NCBI GenBank assembly: GCA_044347055.1
Contig: JBIIXZ010000001.1
Location: 1-47,223 of the forward strand
Direction of reading: 5' to 3'
DNA length: 47,223 bases
DNA from: Bdellovibrionia bacterium
GTDB lineage: Bacteria > Bdellovibrionota > UBA1018
Shown one piece after another: positions 16,931-24,923 of this stretch. The notes under the pieces are model-generated. The model was not told the origin of the DNA. It searched no databases and saw only the letters and a program-made list of their open reading frames with translations. The position numbers and the translations under genes were made by a program. Positions within the stretch are counted from its first letter, which is position 1. Each line of letters starts with the position of its first letter.

Positions 16931-18040
16931 ATGAGTCCACAGATCAAGAAAACACCCCGATGCCGGGCGCGAGACCTGGGCATCCAGATCGGCTTTTATG
17001 AACCCGGCCCCCTGAACGCCATCACGGACGTCGAAGGCGTTCGTGTCGGCCATTCCACGATCATTCGCGGCAGCGGCTCGCGCGGCAGCAAGACGATTGC
17101 CCGCACGGGCGTGACGGCGATCGTTCCGGCCAATGGCGATGTCTTCATGAATAGCGTCATGGGCGGCGCGTTTGTCCTGAATGGCGCGGGCGAACTTGCG
17201 GGACTGACCCAGATCAATGAGTGGGGGCTGATCGAAACCCCGATCCTGCTCACGAACACCCTGGCCGTCGGTGCGTGCGGCGAAGGCGTCGTGCAGTACA
17301 TGACCGAAAAGCATCCCGAGATCGGTAATATCCACGACGTGGTGATTCCGGTCGTGGGCGAGTGCGACGACTCGTGGCTGAACGAAATCATCGGCCGCCA
17401 CGTCAAGCCGTCGCACGCCATCGAGGCGATCGAGAAGGCATCGACCGGGCCCGTGGCCGAAGGTTCGGTCGGCGGCGGTACCGGAATGATCACCTGCGAT
17501 TTCAAGGGCGGAATCGGCACCTCGTCTCGCCGAGTGAAGATCTACGACAACACCTACACGGTGGGCGTGCTCGTGATGAGCAACTTCGGCGTCATGCGAG
17601 ACCTCCGGATTGATGGCAAGCCCATTGGTCGGGCGATCGAGCCGCAGTTCGAAGGGCGGTCGCGCCGCGAGAAAAATTACGGCAGCATCATCGCGGTGCT
17701 CGCCACCGATGCGCCGCTGCTCTCGCACCAGCTGCAGCGCCTGGCCAAGCGCATGGGCCTCGGCGTCGGCCGGGTGGGCTCGATGGCCGCGCACGGCTCG
17801 GGCGAGATCATGCTCGCGTTCTCGACGGCCAACCGCGTGCCGCGCGAAAGCATCAAGCCGCTCTATTCGGTGCAGATCCTCAAGGATACGGCGGTCGATC
17901 CGCTCTATGGAGCCGCGATCGAGGCCACCGAAGAGGCCATCCTGAACGCGCTCTTTGCCGCCGACACGATGGAAGGCGTTGCCGGCCACACCGCCCACGC
18001 CATTCCGATCGACCAGGTGCGCGAGCTCCTGACGCGCTGA
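16931..18040 (+). CDS. DmpA/BapA-type (P1, S58) Ntn aminopeptidase
   Basis: Motifs: NAITDVEGVRVGH, GVTAIVP, and a self-processing-site-like YG|SIIAVLATDAPL. It starts 2 nt after the ATP-grasp stop. Confidence 0.75.
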   Translation: MSPQIKKTPRCRARDLGIQIGFYEPGPLNAITDVEGVRVGHSTIIRGSGSRGSKTIARTGVTAIVPANGDVFMNSVMGGAFVLNGAGELAGLTQINEWGLIETPILLTNTLAVGACGEGVVQYMTEKHPEIGNIHDVVIPVVGECDDSWLNEIIGRHVKPSHAIEAIEKASTGPVAEGSVGGGTGMITCDFKGGIGTSSRRVKIYDNTYTVGVLVMSNFGVMRDLRIDGKPIGRAIEPQFEGRSRREKNYGSIIAVLATDAPLLSHQLQRLAKRMGLGVGRVGSMAAHGSGEIMLAFSTANRVPRESIKPLYSVQILKDTAVDPLYGAAIEATEEAILNALFAADTMEGVAGHTAHAIPIDQVRELLTR

Positions 18041-18062
18041 GCTACCAAAAGGATACCGTTTT

Positions 18063-20576
18063 TCAGATCCAGCTATCGAGCTGCTTCTTCAGGTAATCCT
18101 GGACGTTGGGATTCTTTTTGTTTCGCACTGCTTCTCTAGCGTCCTGGAGCTGCTGTCGAATGAAACTCTCCGGGGGGGCAAATTTGTTGGTAGGATTCTT
18201 CATCCGATAAAGCCGCAGGATCAGCCGCGATTCGACCGCCTGTGGGCTGAGGTTCTCCGGCGCGCCCTTCTTTTGGTCGTAGTCCTTCGCGCGACGGTCT
18301 GCTGAATCGAAGTCTTGGACGACTCTCGCCGTCTCAGCATTCACCCACGATTGATCGATCGCCTTGTTTCGTCCGGCGAGCATCTGGTCCCACTTTTTCC
18401 TGGCCCCGGATCGATCGGCGTCCGGCAGGGTTCGATCCTGCATGTCGGACTGGATCTTCACGAGAGCGTCCTTTCTGGCCTTGTCGTCTGTTGTGTCGAG
18501 CAGATTGAAAGAGCCAGCGCCCCAGGCATCAAAGTGCCGGTGGGCCTCAAAATCCTTGAGTAGGCCCTCTGCCTTGCCGAGCCGGTCCGCATAGGTCTTC
18601 TTCTCGGCGAGCTCCTTACTGACGCTCTTGAGAGTGGACACGTTCGCCTGAACGCGCGCGTAATCTTGCCTCAACTTGTCCTGCGCGCGATCATCTTTCT
18701 CTTTCGTGATTTGATCATTGATCGAGACCAACTGCTTTTCGGATCGAGCGATCTCGGAGGCAATCTGCCTACTGGCCTCGGTAAGGCCGGCAGCATCGGA
18801 GGATTTCAGCTCCTCGCGGGGCTTGATTGCGAGATCTCGAAGCGCCTTCTTTTTTTCCAGCTCCTCAGCGCGTCCGGCGTTCTCGGTGTTCGCGCGATCT
18901 CCGGAAGTGATCTGATCCTGCTCAAACACTCGGTCGAGTAGCTGTTGCCGTTCCAGACTTTCCTGGCCCTGTGGTTTCTCTGCAACCTTGATGGATGGTG
19001 CTGCCGATGAAGGTTTCATCGGGTCGAGGTTCGGGCTGGGCTTTGCCGCAGGTGTTGCAGTCACACCCAATCGAGTGAGCTCCTGGTCGATCGCCTGAAC
19101 CAGTTTCTTCCGCCGGTTCGGGTTGCCTCGATCCTCCGCCACACCCAAGAGACGGTCTTTTGCTTTTTGAAGGCGGTCAACTGTCGGCTGATGTTCGGAT
19201 GAATTCGGATCGACATCCTTGGCAAGTGTCAGAGCTTCTTGGGCCTGATCGACCGGGCGCGGACGCCTCGGGCGGACTGGAGCTTCCGCTGTCGCGGGTG
19301 GCGCTGACGGTGCGGCAGCAGGCGCTTCGGCCACCGGTGTCGCGGCAGGCGCGTCCGTGGACGGTGCCGGAGTCTCGGTTCCGCCACTCGCCGGCGCAGT
19401 CTCGGAAGCAGGGGGCTTCGAAGCTGATTCCGCGACGGCCTGAGGCGCCGCCTCGGAAGTCGCCGGCGTCACGCCGAGGTACTGAGCAATTGCAGCCTCG
19501 CAAAACTTCGGCTCATTCTCGAAAGCCTTCGAGCGGAGCGCGAGTTCAAATGCCAGGCGAGGACAGTAAAGCAAAGTTCGGCTCAGAAGCCCGGGGTCCT
19601 CGACCTTGACCTGGCGCGCGAGTGCGGCGACGTCGATCTTCAACTGTTCAAACGGAGGACCGCTTCTGAAGCGCCTGGGAGTGCCGCAAGCCTGCGCGAG
19701 TGCCGGAAGATCTCCTTGCTGTAGCATCTGCGGACCGGCTCCTTCTCCAAAAACAGCCGCGAGCGACTGGTCAACGAGGCCTCCTGGTGACCAAGAATTC
19801 GAGGTATTCAGAAGATCGCTCGCCTTTGCGCCGAGCCTCGAAGGAACGCCGCTTCCGACGCGATGTTGGGTGGCGTTCATCAGTTGTGCGGCAGCTGATG
19901 CAATCGCCTGTTTGTCTTCAGTGGATGCTTCCGAGTACGGCGACAAGAATGCCTGCATTCCCAGGAGGTAATCCTCGATTCGTTCGTCTTCGCAGGCGAG
20001 GACAATTTGCGCGGGAGGAAGCGACTGCTGATTTGTAGTGGTCGTGGTGGTCGTCGCGGCGCCTGCTGCCGCCGGCGCCTTGGCCTCGCATGCGGTGCAA
20101 GGCTTGCCAGCTGCCGAAGCGGACTCGTTCAGCTCCTGCACCTTCTTGGCCAAAGAGGCATCTTCGGCTGGTGCAGGTTGATATAAACCCTCGGGAGCCG
20201 CCTCTCCGACCTTGTCTCGACCAAAGGCCTTCCGAACTCCGCCCACCACTTCGCGGCCTCCATCGACGACTCCGCCCGCTACTCCTCCGATGACCTTTCC
20301 CCCGCCTTTGACGACGCCTTTTCCGATCTGGAAAATTCCGCGCCCGACTGCGCCGACGCCTTTACCGATGGCACCACCGACTTTAGCCAGGCCCTTGCCC
20401 ACATCGCGGATGTGCACAGGCTTGGCCTTGTTTTGATGATGAAGTGGAAAGCTGCTCGACGGCCCGGCGAGTGCTGCTGAGGAAAGAACCAGGGTTGCCG
20501 CTATGGCGAGACGGCTGGAAGCCCGCCGAACGCGTGATCGGGCCGCAAAGGATGGCATGTTGGGATGAACGGACAT
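18063..20576 (-). CDS. Large secreted protein, paralog A (Gly/Lys-rich N-region, Pro/Ala linker, conserved C-terminal domain)
   Basis: 837-aa ORF with a signal peptide (RRASSRLAIAATLVLSSAALA). The C-terminal ~290 aa are collinear with and highly similar to the neighbouring gene 20679..22814. Confidence 0.75.
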   Translation of the reverse strand: MSVHPNMPSFAARSRVRRASSRLAIAATLVLSSAALAGPSSSFPLHHQNKAKPVHIRDVGKGLAKVGGAIGKGVGAVGRGIFQIGKGVVKGGGKVIGGVAGGVVDGGREVVGGVRKAFGRDKVGEAAPEGLYQPAPAEDASLAKKVQELNESASAAGKPCTACEAKAPAAAGAATTTTTTTNQQSLPPAQIVLACEDERIEDYLLGMQAFLSPYSEASTEDKQAIASAAAQLMNATQHRVGSGVPSRLGAKASDLLNTSNSWSPGGLVDQSLAAVFGEGAGPQMLQQGDLPALAQACGTPRRFRSGPPFEQLKIDVAALARQVKVEDPGLLSRTLLYCPRLAFELALRSKAFENEPKFCEAAIAQYLGVTPATSEAAPQAVAESASKPPASETAPASGGTETPAPSTDAPAATPVAEAPAAAPSAPPATAEAPVRPRRPRPVDQAQEALTLAKDVDPNSSEHQPTVDRLQKAKDRLLGVAEDRGNPNRRKKLVQAIDQELTRLGVTATPAAKPSPNLDPMKPSSAAPSIKVAEKPQGQESLERQQLLDRVFEQDQITSGDRANTENAGRAEELEKKKALRDLAIKPREELKSSDAAGLTEASRQIASEIARSEKQLVSINDQITKEKDDRAQDKLRQDYARVQANVSTLKSVSKELAEKKTYADRLGKAEGLLKDFEAHRHFDAWGAGSFNLLDTTDDKARKDALVKIQSDMQDRTLPDADRSGARKKWDQMLAGRNKAIDQSWVNAETARVVQDFDSADRRAKDYDQKKGAPENLSPQAVESRLILRLYRMKNPTNKFAPPESFIRQQLQDAREAVRNKKNPNVQDYLKKQLDSWI

Positions 20577-20678
20577 TGTTAGAACCCCCAGTTCTACTGA
20601 AGAGTTTCAGTCATGCCACTGCCGCACACAAGATGGGTCGGGTCGGACACGGGGTGCGCCAGTTCTGAGGGGCTTCGG

Positions 20679-22814
20679 CTAGTCAGAATTTGTTGCCGGG
20701 TCGGACCACGGTTTTTCGAGGTACTCGATCACGGATTTGACCCTACCAGCCCGAACGGCTGCCTGAGCCTCAAGCAGGATCTCTCGGATTGCCGTCTCGG
20801 AGGGGGCGTAGAGGTTGCCCGGGTTTCGCCGCCGGTAGATTTCCAAGATTCTCTGAGAAATCGGCAGTTTTGGAGTGAGATCGATCGGTGCGTTCACTTG
20901 CGCGCCTTCACTCTTTTTATAATAGCCGACAGCGCTATCAGCCTTATCGAAGTCCGCGACAATTTTCTTGGTTTCCGAGTTCAGCCACGATTGCTCCTTC
21001 GCCTTCCGTTGTCCGGCGAGCATCTCGTCCCACTTTTTCCTGGCCCCGGATTGATCCGCCTCCGGCAGGGTTCGATCCTGCATATCGGACTGTATCTTCA
21101 CGAGAGCGTCCTTTTTGGCCTTCTCGTCTGTTGTGTCGAGCAGATTGAAAGAGCCAGCGCCCCAGGCATCAAAGTGCCGGTGGGCCGCAAAATCCTTGAG
21201 TAGGCCCTCTGCCTTGCCGAGCCGATCTGCGTAGGTCTTCTTGTCGCCGAGTTCCTTCCGGACGCTCTCGAGCGCGGAAATGCTCGACCGAACGCGCGCG
21301 TAATCGGCCCTCAACTTATCCCGCTCGCGATCATTTTTCTCGCTTTTGATCCGATCATTGAGAGGACCCAGCTGCGCTTTGGAGCGAGTGATCTCGGAGC
21401 CAATCTGGCGTCCTGCCTCGGAAAGCCCAGCAGCATCGGAGGATCTCACCTCATCGCGGCGCTTGAGCGCCAGATCTCGAAGCGTCTTCTTTTTCTCAAG
21501 GTCCGCAGCACGCTCCTGGTTCTCGGTGTTCGCGCGATCGCCCAAGGTGATGGGGTCCTGCTCAAACACCTGATCGAGCAAGTCCTTCTGCGGGTGAGTC
21601 GGTGCTTGCGGAGTTGCCTCGGTCTTTGTGGGCTTCGCCGGGCCTTGTGGAGCCCCGCCATTATTGGCGAGGGAGGCAGGCGCGCCACCTTCGGAAGAAC
21701 CGTCAGCTACCGTTGAAGCTCCCGCATCGCCGGCCCCCGAGCTACCTGCAAGGGCCTGGGCGTCAGCGCCTGCGGTCGGCGGCGAGTTCAGCAGCTTCTC
21801 GATTTCTGATTTGCAGGCCGCACCGACCTGTCGCGTCTCGAAATACTCGAGTCCCCCCTTTTTTCCGCCGTAAGTGTGATCGAACTCATTGTAAGCAAGC
21901 TCGATATTGAGTCGCGGACAGGCGGCAAGCAGCCTGCCGATGTACTTGATGGTCTCCAACGAGGAACCCGTCGCGGCCGACTTGCCTTGAACGGAAAATT
22001 TTCCGCCGGCACTGGAAAGCTTTTTTCCCAACCCCTGAAATCCGGCATGCGTCTGAAGATCCTTCGGCGTTCCGCAAGCGGCAAAGAAGGCCGCATCGTC
22101 GACCGGATTCAGCGCAGTGAATGAAGCCGCCTGCTGCCCGAAGACCCGGTTCATGGCCGCAAGGGTGTTCTTCGGGTGGATCACGAACCGATCCGCCGAC
22201 ATCTGCAGCAGCCCGAAATTGGTCTGATGGTTGATGGTGATGCCCCCGCCATTAAGGACCTTGTCGAACACCTCCGGGCGACCTTTGGATTTGAACTTCG
22301 TGCCCTGGTAATTCATGTCGGTGATGTTGAGAGTGTTGTAACTGGATTCCTCATCTGCCATGCCCAGAATCTTGGCAGCACGCGCGGCAAGCTGGCCGGG
22401 GTTAGCCTGGCGATCTGGGTGATTGCGAAGAAAGACCTCCACCGCCGCAAGCGTCTCCGGGCTATTGACCTGAGGGCACGTCAGCTTTTCGGACGCACTC
22501 GATGGCGCCGGCGGGCATCTTGGTGCGTCTGGGCTTTTTGCCGCGCAATCGTGGCAACTCGGATCAACGCAAGCAGCAATGTCTGTTGGCGCGGATATCA
22601 CCGCCTGCACGGCTGCGCTGTCTTCTGAGGCCCTCTTCGCAGCAGCATTCTTCTTTAATGCCTGCCTGAACTCGGCATGATACCTCTCGACCGCTTGCTG
22701 ATAAGTCTCACCTTCGCGCTGCGTGACCCGACCTAGTGCCACCGGAGCCATCACATGACTCCACGCAATCACTGCAGGAATCACCAACGATAGGATCTGA
22801 AAACGACGGCTCAT
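20679..22814 (-). CDS. Large secreted protein, paralog B (possible lysozyme/SLT-like N-domain, low-complexity linker, conserved C-terminal domain)
   Basis: 711-aa ORF with a signal peptide (MSRRFQILSLVIPAVIAWSHVMA). It has the motifs MADEESSYN...TNFGLLQMSADRF. The C-terminal domain is shared with 18063..20576. Confidence 0.75.
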   Translation of the reverse strand: MSRRFQILSLVIPAVIAWSHVMAPVALGRVTQREGETYQQAVERYHAEFRQALKKNAAAKRASEDSAAVQAVISAPTDIAACVDPSCHDCAAKSPDAPRCPPAPSSASEKLTCPQVNSPETLAAVEVFLRNHPDRQANPGQLAARAAKILGMADEESSYNTLNITDMNYQGTKFKSKGRPEVFDKVLNGGGITINHQTNFGLLQMSADRFVIHPKNTLAAMNRVFGQQAASFTALNPVDDAAFFAACGTPKDLQTHAGFQGLGKKLSSAGGKFSVQGKSAATGSSLETIKYIGRLLAACPRLNIELAYNEFDHTYGGKKGGLEYFETRQVGAACKSEIEKLLNSPPTAGADAQALAGSSGAGDAGASTVADGSSEGGAPASLANNGGAPQGPAKPTKTEATPQAPTHPQKDLLDQVFEQDPITLGDRANTENQERAADLEKKKTLRDLALKRRDEVRSSDAAGLSEAGRQIGSEITRSKAQLGPLNDRIKSEKNDRERDKLRADYARVRSSISALESVRKELGDKKTYADRLGKAEGLLKDFAAHRHFDAWGAGSFNLLDTTDEKAKKDALVKIQSDMQDRTLPEADQSGARKKWDEMLAGQRKAKEQSWLNSETKKIVADFDKADSAVGYYKKSEGAQVNAPIDLTPKLPISQRILEIYRRRNPGNLYAPSETAIREILLEAQAAVRAGRVKSVIEYLEKPWSDPATNSD

Positions 22815-22897
22815 GACGAGACCCCCACTTCAAGAGGGTAACCGGGCCCATGTTCGGCTCCTAGATGCGTCGAAATCGACACATCTTGAAAGTTTTT

Positions 22898-24124
22898 TTA
22901 CCGAACCAGCAGCGACGAGTCGCCGTAGCTCAAGAAGCGATAATCGTTTGCTAAAGCGTGGTCATAGACCTCGCGCCATCGTTCGCCCATCCAGGCTGCC
23001 ACGAGCAAAATCAGCGAACTTCCGGGCTGGTGGAAGTTCGTCAACAAGATGTCGGCGCTGCGGAAATTGTACCCCGGCACGATCATGAGCGAAGTCGTGG
23101 CCACGAGCCGACGAAGCTTGCGGCGCTCGATGTACTCCGCCACGGCCCGAAAGGCCTCGGAGGGGCGAACGCGGTCGTGAACACCCGCCTCGATGAGCGA
23201 GTAGGGCGTCCACTGATCGAGGTGCGTCGGCTCGTGCCCCTCGAGCCACAGTGCGCCCATCCAGTACAGTGATTCCAGCGTTCGGAGCGAAGTGGTTCCG
23301 ACCGCCACCAGCGGCGCACGGTGAGGCTTCGGATCGAGCTGCGAGGCCACTGCTTCGAGAAACTCCGGCGTTACCTCAAAACGCTCGCGGTGCATGGCGT
23401 GTCCGGCCACCGTTTCGGCCTCGACGGGCTTGAAGGTACCGGCACCGACATGAAGCGTGAGTCGTGCCGTGCGAACCTGTCGCTCATCGAGTGCAGCCAG
23501 TACTTCGGGAGTAAAATGAAGTCCGGCAGTAGGTGCCGCCACCGATCCCGCCGCCTGGGCATACACCGTCTGGTAGCGTTCGAGATCCTCGCGCTGCACT
23601 TCGCGCTTCATGTAGGGCGGAAGGGGCAGCTTTCCGGCGTGCTCGAGCACCGAAGCCAGCGATTCGGCTGCCGGCGTCCACTCCAGGGCGACGCGGGCAT
23701 CGTTTCGCTCTTTGGAAAGAATCCGAGCCCGAATCTTTCCGTCCGCTGTCTGGAGCTCATCGCCCTCGCCGATGCGCTTGCCGCCGATCAGGCAGTTCCA
23801 TACCGCAGGCGAGCCCTTTTCGAGCGCGAGGGTCGGATTCGGAGTCGGCTCGAGCGGCTCGAGCAGGAAGATCTCCGCCGCTCCACCCGTTGCCTTCACC
23901 ACCGGAAGCCGAGCCGGCATCACCCGACTGTCGTTCATGACGATCAAGGACTCACGCGGTAGCAGATCCGGCAGTTCAGCAAAGCGATGGTCCGCAATCG
24001 TGCGCCGTGGAAGATCCGCGACGAGGAGCTTCGAGGCCGATCGATCGGCCAGCGGATGCTGGGCAATTTTTGCCGCCGGAAGATCGTAAAGAAAGTCTTG
24101 AGTCCGAATTGAGGGAGTCCGCAT
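22898..24124 (-). CDS. queA: S-adenosylmethionine:tRNA ribosyltransferase-isomerase
   Basis: Motifs: DFLYDLPAAKIAQHPL..R..SKLL, VMNDSRV.PARL, GTTS.R.LES, TNFH.P.S.L. I prefer the internal ATG at 24124. The track start at 24352 would overlap the divergent ABC gene. Confidence 0.85.
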   Translation of the reverse strand: MRTPSIRTQDFLYDLPAAKIAQHPLADRSASKLLVADLPRRTIADHRFAELPDLLPRESLIVMNDSRVMPARLPVVKATGGAAEIFLLEPLEPTPNPTLALEKGSPAVWNCLIGGKRIGEGDELQTADGKIRARILSKERNDARVALEWTPAAESLASVLEHAGKLPLPPYMKREVQREDLERYQTVYAQAAGSVAAPTAGLHFTPEVLAALDERQVRTARLTLHVGAGTFKPVEAETVAGHAMHRERFEVTPEFLEAVASQLDPKPHRAPLVAVGTTSLRTLESLYWMGALWLEGHEPTHLDQWTPYSLIEAGVHDRVRPSEAFRAVAEYIERRKLRRLVATTSLMIVPGYNFRSADILLTNFHQPGSSLILLVAAWMGERWREVYDHALANDYRFLSYGDSSLLVR

Positions 24125-24152
24125 ACTGGAGCGAATGTAACCCGTTTCAGGA

Positions 24153-24923
24153 GTGCATGGAAAAGAGATGTCACCCGCTTCATTCATTCGCGTCGAAGGA
24201 TTGCACAAGAACTTCGGGGATATTCCGATCCTCCGGGGCGTGGATCTTTCCGTCAGGAAGGGCGAAGCCGTTTTCCTGATCGGCCGTTCGGGCTGCGGCA
24301 AGAGCACCCTCCTCAGGTGCCTCAACGGGCTCGAGAGCTTTGAGCTGGGCAAAATTCATGTGGGCAACGTCGACGTGCAGATGTCCGGCGGCCAGCCGCT
24401 GAGCGAGCGCCAGATTCGAGGGCTCCGCAACCAGTTCGGAATGGTCTTCCAGAGCTTCAATCTCTTTCCGCATCTGAATGTGCTCGATAATGCCATCAAG
24501 GCACCCATGGTCGTCAAAAAACTCAGCCGTGCGGATGCCGAGGCCATTGCCGTTCCGCTCCTCGAAAAAGTGGGACTCAAGAGCCAGCTCTTCAAGTATC
24601 CGTCGCAGATTTCTGGAGGCCAGCAGCAGCGCGCTGCGATCGCGCGTGCGCTCGCCATGAATCCGAAGGTCATGCTCTATGACGAGCCGACTTCTGCGCT
24701 CGACCCGTTCCTGGTGGACGAGGTCTTTCAGGTCATGCGCCAGCTGGCCGACGAAGGCATGACCCAGATCGTGGTCACGCATGAGCATCGCTTTGCCCGC
24801 GAGGCAGCAGACCAGGTCATCTTCATGGAAGATGGCCTCGTGGTCGAGGCAGGTACCGCCGAGGAAATCTTTCATTCTCCCAAGGACGATCGCACCCGGA
24901 TTTTTCTGAGGAAGTACGCATGA
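24153..24923 (+). CDS. Polar amino-acid ABC transporter ATP-binding protein
   Basis: Walker A GRSGCGKST, signature ISGGQQQRAAIARAL, Walker B VMLYDEPTSALD. Confidence 0.9.
   Translation: MHGKEMSPASFIRVEGLHKNFGDIPILRGVDLSVRKGEAVFLIGRSGCGKSTLLRCLNGLESFELGKIHVGNVDVQMSGGQPLSERQIRGLRNQFGMVFQSFNLFPHLNVLDNAIKAPMVVKKLSRADAEAIAVPLLEKVGLKSQLFKYPSQISGGQQQRAAIARALAMNPKVMLYDEPTSALDPFLVDEVFQVMRQLADEGMTQIVVTHEHRFAREAADQVIFMEDGLVVEAGTAEEIFHSPKDDRTRIFLRKYA

Noticed and set aside
18041-18062. Possible terminator hairpin between the convergent DmpA-like gene and paralog A (ccaaaaggataccgttttt)
   Set aside because: Only a bulged 2-bp GC core plus A/T pairs can be drawn. It has some resemblance to the hairpin at 5536-5556 but is too weak to support.
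20490-22814. Twin-arginine (Tat) signals on the two secreted paralogs (SRVRRASSRL in A, MSRRFQIL in B)
   Set aside because: Both have RR followed by a hydrophobic stretch, but neither matches S/T-R-R-x-F-L-K well enough to call by eye. I treat them simply as signal peptides pending TatP/SignalP.
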